From the NCBI GenBank assembly GCA_048268245.1, contig JBLWVX010000003.1, forward strand, positions 32,001 to 96,000: a stretch of DNA of 64,000 nt. The letters run 5' to 3'. Of this stretch, positions 1 through 10,526 are shown one piece after another (the stretch's first letter is position 1; each line of letters starts with the position of its first letter). A program made the translations under genes and the position numbers. The notes under the pieces were generated by a model that was not told where the DNA came from, did not search any database, and worked only from the letters and a program-made list of their open reading frames with translations. This DNA is from Arcobacteraceae bacterium (GTDB taxonomy: Bacteria; Campylobacterota; Campylobacteria; Campylobacterales; Arcobacteraceae).

Positions 1-347
1 CTGATTCAAAAGAGACATTTAAAGCAGAACTTAATGATTTAGTTTTAAATATCACTAATTCAAAAGGTAGAGAAAAACTTATGAAACTATCTTTTGCAAT
101 AAAAAGTGTAGAGCCTACAATTGCTGCATTAGTAGAAAATTATAGAGCAGAAATCATTGATGTTGTTATTAGACAAATTAGTGCAAGAAGTTCTGAAGAG
201 CTATTAACAGTTGGAGGAAAAGCTTTATTAAAAGAAGAATTAATTGAAGAGATAAATTCAGTGTTAAATGAAGCAACATCTTCAAATGAAAATATTAAAG
301 CTAATCATATTAAACAAATACTTTTTACTACTTTTGTAATAAAATAA
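1..347 (+). CDS. fliL: Flagellar basal body-associated protein FliL (5'-truncated by window edge)
   Basis: Frame is open upstream of the ORF-track ATG back to position 3 (DSKETFKAELNDLVLNI...). FliL-like C-terminus (GKALLKEELIEEIN...ILFTTFVIK); flagellar context. Confidence 0.85.
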   Translation, partial: DSKETFKAELNDLVLNITNSKGREKLMKLSFAIKSVEPTIAALVENYRAEIIDVVIRQISARSSEELLTVGGKALLKEELIEEINSVLNEATSSNENIKANHIKQILFTTFVIK

Positions 348-357
348 GAAGTTAAAA

Positions 358-783
358 ATGATAGTTGCTGTAAAAAGAAATAGAAAACAAAAACTTATAA
401 AGTTTTTGTCGCTTATTGTTGTAATTCTGATGTTTGCAGGTTATTATTGGCATATGAGTAATGAAATGCAAAAGCAACAAGAAGCTGAAATAAAAGCTAA
501 ACAAGCAGCACTTCAAGAACAAAAAGAAAAAGATGACGAGAAGAAAAAAGTTGAAGGTATTATTGTAAATGAAGTTCAAAAGGCTGTTGAACTAATAGGT
601 CAAGAAAATGTAAGACATGTTAAAATCATCGAAAATAGATTGATTTTAATTTGTGAATTAAATACTAATCTTGAACCTTTGATGGTAAGATATGGAACAA
701 TGGCATTAGTTAAAAATACTTTGAATGAAATAATCATTGCTATTGATGTTCAATATATTTTAAAAAGTAGGTTGAATGTATAA
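358..783 (+). CDS. Hypothetical bitopic membrane protein in flagellar operon
   Basis: Basic N-terminus, one TM helix (LSLIVVILMFAGYYW), Q/E/K-rich coiled coil, small C-terminal domain; overlaps flgH start. Confidence 0.75.
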   Translation: MIVAVKRNRKQKLIKFLSLIVVILMFAGYYWHMSNEMQKQQEAEIKAKQAALQEQKEKDDEKKKVEGIIVNEVQKAVELIGQENVRHVKIIENRLILICELNTNLEPLMVRYGTMALVKNTLNEIIIAIDVQYILKSRLNV

Positions 784-1471
784 ATATATTAGTCCTTTTA
801 TTGCAGTAGTTTTTTTTACTGCTTGTGCTTCTAATGAACCACAAATAAAGTTTGAGGAACCAAAAGTTCAAATACCAAAGCCTCAACCAAGCCCTAAAAA
901 AAATAAAGGTTCACTATACTCTATGGAAGGTGCTTCTTTATTTGCTGATAAAAAAGACCTTCAAGTTGGAGATATTATTCAAGTGAATATTGATGAGAAT
1001 TTAACATCTAATACAAATAATAAAAGAGAACTTTCAAATGATAGAAATAGTAGTTTAGGTGGAGGTGTCTTAGCTGGTGCTGGTTTAGGTAGTACAGCCT
1101 CTAAAATTACAGATAAATTTAATAGAAACCTTGGAGTTGATTTTTCAACGCAAAGTACAAACTCTGACTCAGGAGAAGTAAAAACTAGTTTTGCTGAGAG
1201 TTTTTCTACATCAATTTCTGCAATAATTCAACAAACATATCAAAATGGTAACTACTATATTAAGGGTTCAAAAGAGTTATTGATCGATGGACAAAAACAA
1301 GTTATAATAGTTACAGGTGTGATAAGACCATATGATATTAGTTCAGAAAACTCAATTAGCTCAAATCAAATAGCTAATTTAAAACTTATGTATGATAAAG
1401 AAGGTACAGAAGCTGATATTATGGAGACTCCATGGGGAGTAAAACTCATGAGAGCTATATGGCCTTTTTAA
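776..1471 (+). CDS. flgH: Flagellar L-ring lipoprotein FlgH
   Basis: Lipobox FTA-C; motifs GSL, LFADKK, VGDIIQVNI, GVIRPYDI, N.ISSNQIA. Confidence 0.95.
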   Translation: MYKYISPFIAVVFFTACASNEPQIKFEEPKVQIPKPQPSPKKNKGSLYSMEGASLFADKKDLQVGDIIQVNIDENLTSNTNNKRELSNDRNSSLGGGVLAGAGLGSTASKITDKFNRNLGVDFSTQSTNSDSGEVKTSFAESFSTSISAIIQQTYQNGNYYIKGSKELLIDGQKQVIIVTGVIRPYDISSENSISSNQIANLKLMYDKEGTEADIMETPWGVKLMRAIWPF

Positions 1472-1527
1472 TCTAACTTTAAGAAATGTAATGCAATAAT
1501 TAGACAATACACTAAAAAGGAGTCTCT

Positions 1528-3438
1528 ATGCTTAATACATTAAACGTTTCACAAACTGGTTTAACAGCTGCAAAAATAGCAGTTGAGAATGTTTCTAATA
1601 ATATAGCTAATGAGAATACTCCTGGTTATAAAAAAAGAGTTGTTGATATAAAAGAGCTTGAGCAAACTGACACTAGATTTACAGGTCGTGGTGTTGGTGC
1701 TGATAATGCATATAGGGTTACAAACCAGTATATGTTTGACAGACTTATGACTGAAAATACTAGAGAACAAGGTTATACAAAACTTTCAAGTATTTTAGGA
1801 AGTGTTGAAACAGCTTTTAAAGAGACTGATACAAGTGGTTTTTCTTCAGATTTAAATAGATATTTCCAAGCAGTTGAAAATTTAAGGTCAAATCCAAATT
1901 CAGAAGTATATAAAAATGGACTTATAAATGAAGGTAAACTTTTAGTTGAGTCTTTACAAAATTTATATAGAGGAATTGAAAGAGCACAAGAGTTAGAAGA
2001 ACAAGAGTTAGGTTCTAATGTAGATAAAGTAAATGACATTCTTAGTGAAATAGGTCAAATCAATGAAAAATTAGGAAAGCAATCAGAATCTACAAATGAC
2101 TTACTTGATAGAAGAGATTACTTAGAAGAACAACTATCTGCATATGTAGATATAGATGTAGACAGATCATACGGTGAATATGAATTAAAAATTGCTGGTA
2201 ATGTAGCCGTAAGATATAACACAAATGTAAGAGATGTTAGCGTACAAGAAGAACATACAGCTCAAATAGATAGATTTGCAGATAATGCAGGTACGGGAAG
2301 TAGTCTTACTTTTATTGATAATACGACAGGTGCAGTAACTAATACCCCTGAAATAGGTGATAAAATCACTTATAAGCTTAACAACGATCAAGAAGTGACT
2401 ATTACAGTAGGTAGCTCACAATATACTGATAAAGATGGAAATGCAGTTGATATTGACTTTGATGAAGATGGTATACCAGATGTTGTAGATGCAAGTAATT
2501 ATGTAAGAGCATTAGCTTATGCAATAAATGATAATCCAAGTACAAAAGGATTAATTACAGCATACAATGGTAACTATAGAGTTGATGAAGATGGGAATAA
2601 GATTGATATTGATGGAGAAGATAAATTTCTACTTATAGAATCAGATAGTCCAGGTGTAAATGGAAAATTTGAAGGAAGAATTACAATTACTGAAAGTAAT
2701 GATATAGATGGTGATGGTAATCTTGATGAAGTTAGAAATAGTTTTTACAAAGATGAATTACAAAGTAAAGATGCTGTAAGTAGAACTTACATAGCAATTT
2801 ATGATAAAGAAGTTGATTTAAAATCTGGTGTTTTAAAAGTTCAAACGGATAGTATTAGTTCGGATTCACCAAATAATAAACTTGAAATTTATAAAGATAA
2901 ACTTGATAAGTTTGCAAAAGTTTTAGCAGATGTTACTGATAAATATATAAGAACAGGTGTTGATGAGTATAAATTTGGTGAAAAAGCAATTGATGAACTT
3001 GATAGTACAGTTGGTGATACTGTTAAACTTGGATTGTTTTCAGGAACTAGTGTAAGTACTTTAAAATTTAATGAAACAGCAATTAATGATTTAGACCAAA
3101 AAGATTTAGATTATTTAGCAGAACTACAATGGAAAAAAGATTTATCTTTTACAGATGGAGCACAAGATCCAACAGATAATGATAGAACATCTTTTTCAGA
3201 GTTTTTTCAAGAAATTAGAGCAATTGTTTCAGAAGATAAAGAAAGTACAGATTTTGTTTTAGATACTCAAAAAGATATAAAAGCAGCTTTAACATCTTCA
3301 TATAATGAACTTGTAAAAGTTGATAAAGACGAAGAAATGCTTAATTTAGTTAAGTTTCAAGCAGCATATTCAGCAAATGCTAAAATTGTAACTGTAATTG
3401 ATGAAATGCTACAGACTTTATTAGGTCTTAAAAGATAA
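1528..3438 (+). CDS. flgK: Flagellar hook-associated protein FlgK
   Basis: N-terminal SNNIANENTPGYKK; C-terminal VDKDEEMLNLVKFQAAYSANAKIV; AAGGAG RBS. Confidence 0.95.
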   Translation: MLNTLNVSQTGLTAAKIAVENVSNNIANENTPGYKKRVVDIKELEQTDTRFTGRGVGADNAYRVTNQYMFDRLMTENTREQGYTKLSSILGSVETAFKETDTSGFSSDLNRYFQAVENLRSNPNSEVYKNGLINEGKLLVESLQNLYRGIERAQELEEQELGSNVDKVNDILSEIGQINEKLGKQSESTNDLLDRRDYLEEQLSAYVDIDVDRSYGEYELKIAGNVAVRYNTNVRDVSVQEEHTAQIDRFADNAGTGSSLTFIDNTTGAVTNTPEIGDKITYKLNNDQEVTITVGSSQYTDKDGNAVDIDFDEDGIPDVVDASNYVRALAYAINDNPSTKGLITAYNGNYRVDEDGNKIDIDGEDKFLLIESDSPGVNGKFEGRITITESNDIDGDGNLDEVRNSFYKDELQSKDAVSRTYIAIYDKEVDLKSGVLKVQTDSISSDSPNNKLEIYKDKLDKFAKVLADVTDKYIRTGVDEYKFGEKAIDELDSTVGDTVKLGLFSGTSVSTLKFNETAINDLDQKDLDYLAELQWKKDLSFTDGAQDPTDNDRTSFSEFFQEIRAIVSEDKESTDFVLDTQKDIKAALTSSYNELVKVDKDEEMLNLVKFQAAYSANAKIVTVIDEMLQTLLGLKR

Positions 3439-3451
3439 TAAGGAGTAAATT

Positions 3452-4810
3452 ATGGCTGAAGGAATTTTAGGACTAGGAACAGGACAATCTACTGCTTTAA
3501 ATCAAGAGTTAATTGAAAAATTAAAAGCAGCAGAAAGAAGAGCATTAGTTGAGCCTTTAGAAACAAGTTTAGAAGATATAGTAAAAGAAAAAGAGACTTT
3601 TGCTACAATTGATGCAAAAGTAAATGAATTACTTGAAACTATAAAACCTTTTGACCTTTTTGTTACAAGTGGATCAAATGCTTTTGAAGAAAAATCTGCT
3701 ACAACATCAGGAGATTCTGTTGTTTTTAATGCAACTGATTCAAAAAATGTAAATGTTGGTATTACAACAGTAGATGTAAAAGGTTTAGCACAAAAAGATG
3801 TATATCAATCAGACGCTATTAATACAGCTACTAAAGATGCTTTAGGTGATATTGGAGTTTTAACTATTGATGTTGATGGAACAACACACAACTTTGATAC
3901 ATCAACTTATAGAACATATGATGAGTTAGCAACAGCAATAAATGACACAATAGGTATTAACGCTTCTCTAGAACAAGTAGGTGATGATTCATATAGATTA
4001 GTTTTAAAAAGTGAGAGTTCTGGACTTGCAAATGCTCTAACAATTTCTGGTACAGCTAGTCAAGCTTTAGGTTATACAACTGATGGTACAACTATAAATG
4101 CAACAAATCATACACTAATAGCTCAGGATATGAGTTTAGAAGTAGATGGTGTTGCTTATACTTCTGCTGAAAATAAGATTACAGTTGATGGTTTAGATAT
4201 AACTGCAACAAAACTAGGTGTTTCTTCTATTAATGTAACAAAAGATACTTCTTTTATCGAAACACAAATTACAGATTTTATTACAAAATATAATGAACTT
4301 GTAGATTTAGTTGGTACGGAAATAGATAGTGCAGATAGTGCTATTGCTGATAAATCATCATTAAGAACAATGCTTTCTCAAATAAAAGAAAAATTCTTTG
4401 GTGAATACGGTGAGAATTCAGATAAGTCTTTATTTAATTATGGATTTGAGTTAGATAAATCAGGTAAAATATCTTTAGATTTAGTTGCTTTTAATGAAGT
4501 ATTAACTGATAATCCAGATGAACTTAAAGATATATTTGTAGGTACTGCTGCCAAAGAAGGTTTTGGTACACAGTTAAAAGCTACTTTAGATGAATTAAAC
4601 TTTACAGGTGGTTTATTAGATATTTATGAAAAAGGTATAGACTCAAGAGAAAAAACTCTTGAAAAAGAAAAAGAAAAAGCTGTAGAAAAACTAGATGACA
4701 AATATAGTCAGCTAGCAAATCAATTTGCAGCTTATACAGCACTTATTACTCAATTTGAATCGTCTTTCTCAGGTCTAAAAATGATGATTCAACAATCTAC
4801 ATCAAGTTAA
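3452..4810 (+). CDS. fliD: Flagellar filament cap protein FliD
   Basis: GLGTG...LIEKLKAAE N-terminus; FITKYNEL; C-terminal coiled coil (QFAAYTALI); followed by fliS. Confidence 0.92.
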   Translation: MAEGILGLGTGQSTALNQELIEKLKAAERRALVEPLETSLEDIVKEKETFATIDAKVNELLETIKPFDLFVTSGSNAFEEKSATTSGDSVVFNATDSKNVNVGITTVDVKGLAQKDVYQSDAINTATKDALGDIGVLTIDVDGTTHNFDTSTYRTYDELATAINDTIGINASLEQVGDDSYRLVLKSESSGLANALTISGTASQALGYTTDGTTINATNHTLIAQDMSLEVDGVAYTSAENKITVDGLDITATKLGVSSINVTKDTSFIETQITDFITKYNELVDLVGTEIDSADSAIADKSSLRTMLSQIKEKFFGEYGENSDKSLFNYGFELDKSGKISLDLVAFNEVLTDNPDELKDIFVGTAAKEGFGTQLKATLDELNFTGGLLDIYEKGIDSREKTLEKEKEKAVEKLDDKYSQLANQFAAYTALITQFESSFSGLKMMIQQSTSS

Positions 4811-4811
4811 T

Positions 4812-4840
4812 AAAAAGAGAAAATTATTTTTTCTCTTTTT
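4812..4840 (+). terminator. Intrinsic terminator after fliD
   Basis: Inverted repeat aaaaagagaaaa / ttttctcttttt immediately after the stop codon. Confidence 0.6.
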
Positions 4841-4899
4841 GTTTAAAATTAAGCAAATATATAATATACTTATTACTAGATGAATAACGGAGATACTTT

Positions 4900-5256
4900 A
4901 TGGGATTAGATGTATATAATCAACAAAATGCAGTTTCAGATGACCCTTATGTACTGATACTTAAATTATACGAAGGTATTATTAAATATCTTTCATTTGT
5001 TAAAAATGCAATGGAAGAGGGCGATATTGAAGCAAAGTTTACTTATATAAACAAAACAATTGCTATTTTTGATGAGTTAAGAAATGTACTAGACTTTGAT
5101 GGTGGTGATGTTGCTTATTATTTAGATGGATTATATTTATATCAAATAGAGACACTTTTTTCTGCTGGTATTGACGATAATATAAATGCTGTAAATCAAG
5201 TAATGAAAGTAGCACAAGGGTTAATAGAAGCATGGAAAGAAGAGACAGGTCAATAA
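4900..5256 (+). CDS. fliS: Flagellar export chaperone FliS
   Basis: P..LILKLYEG, LDFDGGDVA..L..LY, L.EAWKE motifs. Confidence 0.93.
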   Translation: MGLDVYNQQNAVSDDPYVLILKLYEGIIKYLSFVKNAMEEGDIEAKFTYINKTIAIFDELRNVLDFDGGDVAYYLDGLYLYQIETLFSAGIDDNINAVNQVMKVAQGLIEAWKEETGQ

Positions 5257-5501
5257 AGGCCTTAGAAGAACTAATTAGGATTGATTCCCTAGACTCTTAT
5301 GAAAAAGCTGATGCTCTTGTATCTTGGTATGAAGAGTATATAGGTCAAAATAGCGTAGAAGATTTTGACTTAAAGCTTGAAGAGCTTAAACAAATGGAAG
5401 AACTTTTTTTTAAAAGTATTAACTTCCTAAAAAATCAAAAAGTACAAGCAAAAGATGATTTAAATGAAACTAGAAAGATGAGAAAGTTTTTAAATAACTA
5501 A
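5232..5501 (+). CDS. Small helical protein, positional FliT-like candidate
   Basis: 89-aa helical ORF overlapping the fliS 3' end in the fliD-fliS-X arrangement. Confidence 0.6.
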   Translation: MERRDRSIKALEELIRIDSLDSYEKADALVSWYEEYIGQNSVEDFDLKLEELKQMEELFFKSINFLKNQKVQAKDDLNETRKMRKFLNN

Positions 5502-6467
5502 TCCATTTAAGTCTATGTTTTTTTCATATAAATAAAATCTTATATTTTTAGGTATTTTTTTTACTCTACATTTTTCTTTAAATTTTTTATCCATTATTAT
5601 TTTCGAATTTGGACAGATGAAAATATATTTATCTGTAATACTTACTGCAATTTTATGTGAAACTATAATTTCTTTTTGTTTTAAAATCTCTTTTCTTGAT
5701 GCTTTTGAAAGAATAAAGCCTCTTCTTTTTAAACTTTTGTCAATAACTCTAATATTTAAATTGTCATCATTTAAATTTTTATAGATTTCAAGCTCATCAA
5801 TTTTTTGTAAATGTTTATTATTTATGCATAAAGAGTTAATATCTTCTTGCAGATATTCAAAAGAGTTTATAACTCCATCTTTAAACTCATTTACAAATTT
5901 ATCACTAAAATTATGTCTAAAATAGTTTCTTTTATATTTTATATCAATATTTGTTTCATCTATAAAGTATTTTAGTTTATTTGTTTTTAGGTAATTTTCA
6001 AGCTCATCTTTTGTGATATTTAAAAGGGGTTTAAAAATTTTATAAACCTCTTTTTCTTCCCAAGTATTAAATCCTATTAGTTCACTTAATCCTGCACCTT
6101 TTGAAAACTGCATCAAAAACCATTCTAACTTGTCATTTAATTGATGAGCTGTAATTAAAGTAGTATAATTATGCTCTTTGATAAGTTCTTCAAAAAAATT
6201 ATATCTAATATCTCTTGCTTTTTTCTCAAAGTTTGAGCCACTTAAAATTACTTCTTTTATGTAAATCTTCTTATTATATTTTTTCGCAAGATCTTTTGCA
6301 TAAGCTACTTCTTCTTTTGATTGCTCTCTTAAATTATAATCAACAATGGCAATGTCAAAAGGAATATTTTCTTCAACTAAAAGAAAGAATAGTGCAGAAG
6401 AGTCTATACCTGCTGAGAAAGCAAGTAGATTTTTTGACTCTTTTATTGCACTAAAGTTTAAGTTCAT
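5490..6467 (-). CDS. tilS: tRNA(Ile)-lysidine synthetase
   Basis: PP-loop AFSAGIDS; E..AR..RY; TAHQLND; RNYFRH. Confidence 0.93.
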   Translation of the reverse strand: MNLNFSAIKESKNLLAFSAGIDSSALFFLLVEENIPFDIAIVDYNLREQSKEEVAYAKDLAKKYNKKIYIKEVILSGSNFEKKARDIRYNFFEELIKEHNYTTLITAHQLNDKLEWFLMQFSKGAGLSELIGFNTWEEKEVYKIFKPLLNITKDELENYLKTNKLKYFIDETNIDIKYKRNYFRHNFSDKFVNEFKDGVINSFEYLQEDINSLCINNKHLQKIDELEIYKNLNDDNLNIRVIDKSLKRRGFILSKASRKEILKQKEIIVSHKIAVSITDKYIFICPNSKIIMDKKFKEKCRVKKIPKNIRFYLYEKNIDLNGLVI

Positions 6468-6468
6468 G

Positions 6469-7821
6469 TTATTTAATAACAGTTGCTAGTAGTTTATCAC
6501 CTACAAGTTCAGTGATTTTTACAGTATAGATTTTTCCAAATTCTAACTGTTTCGCTTCACCTTTTTCATCTGTTAGTTCATTATCATTGATGTAAATCTC
6601 TCCATCAATATCAGGAGCCCAAATAGTTTTTCTTGCACTTAATAAGTATTCGTGTTCATCACTCTCACCATCCACATATACTTCAAAAGTTTGACCTACT
6701 TCTTTTTCAAGAGATTCTTGAGTAGTTTGGGCAATAATTTCACCTAAAATATCCGCTCTTTCATCTATGATTTCTTGCTCAACTTTTGCATCTGATTTTG
6801 AAGCTGTAGTACCTTCTTCATCAGAGTAAGAAAATACATTTGCTCTATCAAATTTATACTCTTCGATATATTTTGCTAAGGCTTCAAAATCTTCTTGTGT
6901 CTCACCTGGATGACCTGCAATAAATGTAGTTCTTATAAAAGAGTTTGGTTTTGATTTCATATGATCCATAAGTTCAATAAGTTTTTCAACACCTTTTCCT
7001 CTTTTCATGGTTTTTAACATTGAAGGAGTGATATGTTGAAGTGGCATATCAAAGTAGTTTACAAATACTTTTGAATCTGCAATTTTATCAATAAGTGATA
7101 AAGTTGTAGTTGATGGGTAAAGGTATAAAATTCTAGCAGTTTTTACACCTTCTATTTTTTCAACAGTTGAAATAAGTTGTTCTAAACCATCTTTTTCTCC
7201 TAAATCTCTTAAAAATGAAGAAGAGTCTTGAGATACAAAAGAAAAATCTGTAAAACCTTTTGAAACAAGGGATTTTACTTCTTTTTCTAGTGATATTAAA
7301 GTTCTTGAGTGGAGTTTCCCTTTGAAGCTAGGAATAGCACAGAATGAACAAACTTGATTACATCCTTCACTTAGTTTTACATAAGCGTGGTAGTTTGAAC
7401 CAGTGATTACTCTATCATTAGTTTCACTTGCTAAAAATACATCATTTGTAAAGTTTGATCTTTTAGCATTTACAAGTTCATCAATTCTATCGTAGTCACC
7501 AACCCCTGTAAATACATCAATTTCAGGTAGTTCTTTTTGTAATTCTTCTTTATATCTTTCACTTAAGCAACCAGCCATTACCAATACTGATTCTTCTTTT
7601 CTTTCATCATGTAAATTTAAAATAGTATTGATACTCTCTTCTTTTGCAGAGTCAATAAAACCACATGTATTTACAATAATAACATCTGCATTTGAAGAGT
7701 CATTTGTAAGTGTATAATCTTTTAGTTTTCCAAGCATTACTTCTGAATCAACAAGATTTTTTGTACAGCCAAGTGATACAAGATGTAATGATTTATCGGG
7801 ATTTTGAGTTGTAAATTTCAT
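6469..7821 (-). CDS. rimO: Ribosomal protein S12 methylthiotransferase RimO
   Basis: SLGCTKNLVDSE, NTCGFI, radical SAM CNQVCSFC, APDIDG, C-terminal TRAM domain. Confidence 0.96.
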   Translation of the reverse strand: MKFTTQNPDKSLHLVSLGCTKNLVDSEVMLGKLKDYTLTNDSSNADVIIVNTCGFIDSAKEESINTILNLHDERKEESVLVMAGCLSERYKEELQKELPEIDVFTGVGDYDRIDELVNAKRSNFTNDVFLASETNDRVITGSNYHAYVKLSEGCNQVCSFCAIPSFKGKLHSRTLISLEKEVKSLVSKGFTDFSFVSQDSSSFLRDLGEKDGLEQLISTVEKIEGVKTARILYLYPSTTTLSLIDKIADSKVFVNYFDMPLQHITPSMLKTMKRGKGVEKLIELMDHMKSKPNSFIRTTFIAGHPGETQEDFEALAKYIEEYKFDRANVFSYSDEEGTTASKSDAKVEQEIIDERADILGEIIAQTTQESLEKEVGQTFEVYVDGESDEHEYLLSARKTIWAPDIDGEIYINDNELTDEKGEAKQLEFGKIYTVKITELVGDKLLATVIK

Positions 7822-7910
7822 TTATTACCTATTACTTTTTTCGCAATTTTATCATAAATTTAGTAAAAGTTTAAATTTAAATAAAATATAGAAAAAAGTA
7901 AAAGATATTT

Positions 7911-8483
7911 TTAGTTAACTTTTTCTTTTATACCTTGAACATCAATTAGAAGTTTTACATTATTACTCACTGCAACACCACCCATTTCTAAGGCTTTGTT
8001 CCATTTAATACCATAGTCTTGTCTATTAATTTTTCCTTCAAGAGAAAAACCTGCTCTTTCATTTCCCCAAGGATCTTTTACTGTAGAAATTTCATTTATA
8101 TCTAAAGCAATATTTTTTGTGATACCTCTTAATGTGAAATCACCATAAGCTTTACCATTTTCAACTTTAGTAAGTTTAAATTTAATTTCTGGGAACTTTT
8201 TAGCTGCAAATAATTCTTCTTCTTTTAAGTGTTCGTCTCTTTCTTTATCTGCTGTGTTAATTGAAGCAACCTTTATTGTTGCATTTAAATTTTTTAATTT
8301 TTTAGTTTTCTCATCATAAATAAATGAACCATCAAAATTATCAAACGAACCTTTTACATTTGAAATCATCATGTGTTTTACTTGGAATCCTACGTTAGTA
8401 TGGCTTTTATCTACTTTATATGTGCCTGCAAATAAAGACCCTACTAATAAAACACTTGATAATAATAGTCTATCTAATTTCAT
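7911..8483 (-). CDS. YceI-family periplasmic lipid/isoprenoid-binding protein
   Basis: Signal peptide; Y.VDKSHT.VGF.VKHM, RDEHL, DPWGNERAGF motifs. Confidence 0.92.
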   Translation of the reverse strand: MKLDRLLLSSVLLVGSLFAGTYKVDKSHTNVGFQVKHMMISNVKGSFDNFDGSFIYDEKTKKLKNLNATIKVASINTADKERDEHLKEEELFAAKKFPEIKFKLTKVENGKAYGDFTLRGITKNIALDINEISTVKDPWGNERAGFSLEGKINRQDYGIKWNKALEMGGVAVSNNVKLLIDVQGIKEKVN

Positions 8484-8556
8484 ATATAATCCTTTTTGAT
8501 TTTAATTATCAGAATTATAAGTGCAATACGCTTAAATTATCTTGAATGATATTTTA

Positions 8557-9375
8557 TTATAACCAAATATTATCAAGAAGTCTTGTATTTCCAAATCTTG
8601 CAACTACTAGAATTACTGTATTTTTAAGCTCAATAGTTTCTATTTCATTAAACTCTTTATCAACTATTGCTACATACTCCACATCAAGACTTGACATAAC
8701 CTCATAGATTTTATCTTTTACTTTTTTTACATCAAGTTCACCTTTTGCTATAAGTGAAGCAGCATTATAAAGTGACTTTGAAATAAGTAGAGCATCTTTT
8801 CTTTGAGTTTCATCAAGATATACATTTCTTGAACTCATAGCAAGTCCATCTTTTTCTCTTATAATATCACAAGGTACTATATTTATAGGTAAGAAAAGGT
8901 TTTTAACCATTTGTTCTATAAGTGATAGTTGTTGAGCGTCTTTTTTCCCAAAGTAAGCGTTTGTTGGTTGAACTAAACCAAATAGTTTTAAAACTACTTG
9001 TAAAACACCATCAAAGTGTCCTGGTCTAGTTTTCCCTTCTAACATATAGCTTTTATTTGGAGCTTTTATTAAAATCTCTTCACTACCATACATAGTAGAT
9101 ATCTCAGGCATAAATACATAATCAACCTTGCACATTTCACAGATTTTTTTATCTGCTTCATCACGTCTAGGATATGCGTCTAAATCCTCACCTGGAAGAA
9201 ATTGTGTAGGGTTTACAAAGATAGATACTATAACTATCTCATTTTCTTCTCTTGCTTTTTTGATTAAAGAGATGTGTCCATCATGTAAAGCTCCCATTGT
9301 TGGAACAAATCCAACTGTTGAGTTAATATTTTTTCTAACTTCTTGTAACTCGTCTATAGTTTTTAAAACTTTCAA
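8557..9375 (-). CDS. panC: Pantoate--beta-alanine ligase
   Basis: VPTMGALHDGH, FVNPTQF, RPGHFDGV, GLAMSSRN, RLLDN. Confidence 0.97.
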   Translation of the reverse strand: MKVLKTIDELQEVRKNINSTVGFVPTMGALHDGHISLIKKAREENEIVIVSIFVNPTQFLPGEDLDAYPRRDEADKKICEMCKVDYVFMPEISTMYGSEEILIKAPNKSYMLEGKTRPGHFDGVLQVVLKLFGLVQPTNAYFGKKDAQQLSLIEQMVKNLFLPINIVPCDIIREKDGLAMSSRNVYLDETQRKDALLISKSLYNAASLIAKGELDVKKVKDKIYEVMSSLDVEYVAIVDKEFNEIETIELKNTVILVVARFGNTRLLDNIWL

Positions 9376-9398
9376 TTATGTTTCCTTAATTAAATTTT

Positions 9399-10358
9399 TT
9401 ATTTTCCATCATAGTTTGGGTTTAATTTTAGCAAGAATAAATCTGCTAGGATATTTCCAAGTAGTGTTAAAAACGCTCCGATGATTAATATTCCCATAAT
9501 AACAGGATAGTCATGAGCTAAAGCACTTTGAAAAAATAAAAGTCCCATTCCATCAATTGAAAAAATTGTTTCAAGTATTACTGAACCACCAATAATTCCT
9601 GGAAGTGATAATCCAAGTAGTGTAATAACTGGTGGATATAGATTTGGTAAGATATAGTATCTTAGAATTTGTTTGTTATTTAAACCTCTTGCCTTTGCAA
9701 AGAAAATATAATCTGACTTTAAAATCTCAATAGTCAATGATCTAATATATAAAGTCAAGCTTCCAATTCCACTAAATATTATGATTGAAATAGGAAGTAT
9801 TAAGTGCCATGCAAAATCTAAATAGTAAGTTAAACTTCCATCATCTGGTACGGAGTGTAAGCCTGCTATTGGTAAAACTTCAAAGTTTATAGCAAAAATT
9901 AAAACTAAAAGTAAGGCTAAATAAAAAGATGGCATAGAAAAACTAAGAAGCGATAATTGTCCTGTGAATCTATCAAAAAAACTATTTTTATTTAATGCTG
10001 CTTTTATTCCAAGATAAAGTGAAATAAAGAAGATAAATACCATTGAGATTATATTTATCGTAAGTGTGATTGGAATTCTACTTAATATCTCTTCTTTAAC
10101 TTGTGAACCACTTGCAAATGAAATACCAAAATCAAGTTGAACCATAGCTATAAGCCATGAAAAATACTGTACATATAAAGGTTTGTCTAAACCATAAATA
10201 GCTTTTAATTGAGCGATTGATTCTTCTGTGATATTAGGATTTAACTGCCCACTTGCAAAAAAAGAGTTTGGAGCTGCATTTATAGCTATAAATGAAATCA
10301 AACTAATTATAAAAAGCATGATGATAAGATATAACAGCTTTCGTATGAACAGTTTCAT
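9399..10358 (-). CDS. ABC transporter permease, DppB/OppB family
   Basis: YGLDKPLYVQY, DFGIS, DYIFFAKARGL (EAA loop), ETIFSIDGMG, DYPVIMG. Confidence 0.92.
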   Translation of the reverse strand: MKLFIRKLLYLIIMLFIISLISFIAINAAPNSFFASGQLNPNITEESIAQLKAIYGLDKPLYVQYFSWLIAMVQLDFGISFASGSQVKEEILSRIPITLTINIISMVFIFFISLYLGIKAALNKNSFFDRFTGQLSLLSFSMPSFYLALLLVLIFAINFEVLPIAGLHSVPDDGSLTYYLDFAWHLILPISIIIFSGIGSLTLYIRSLTIEILKSDYIFFAKARGLNNKQILRYYILPNLYPPVITLLGLSLPGIIGGSVILETIFSIDGMGLLFFQSALAHDYPVIMGILIIGAFLTLLGNILADLFLLKLNPNYDGK

Positions 10359-10526
10359 AAGTGTTAAATCTCCCCCATTTATAGACTTTTGAAAATAAAA
10401 ATAATTTTTTATATTGTTTTTTACTATATTTTCAATTATATCGTAAGTTTAGTAATTTAAAAATGGTATTCTAGCATTTTTTTAATATAAAGATTATAAG
10501 GGATGAGAAGATTTATAAGAGTAGTA

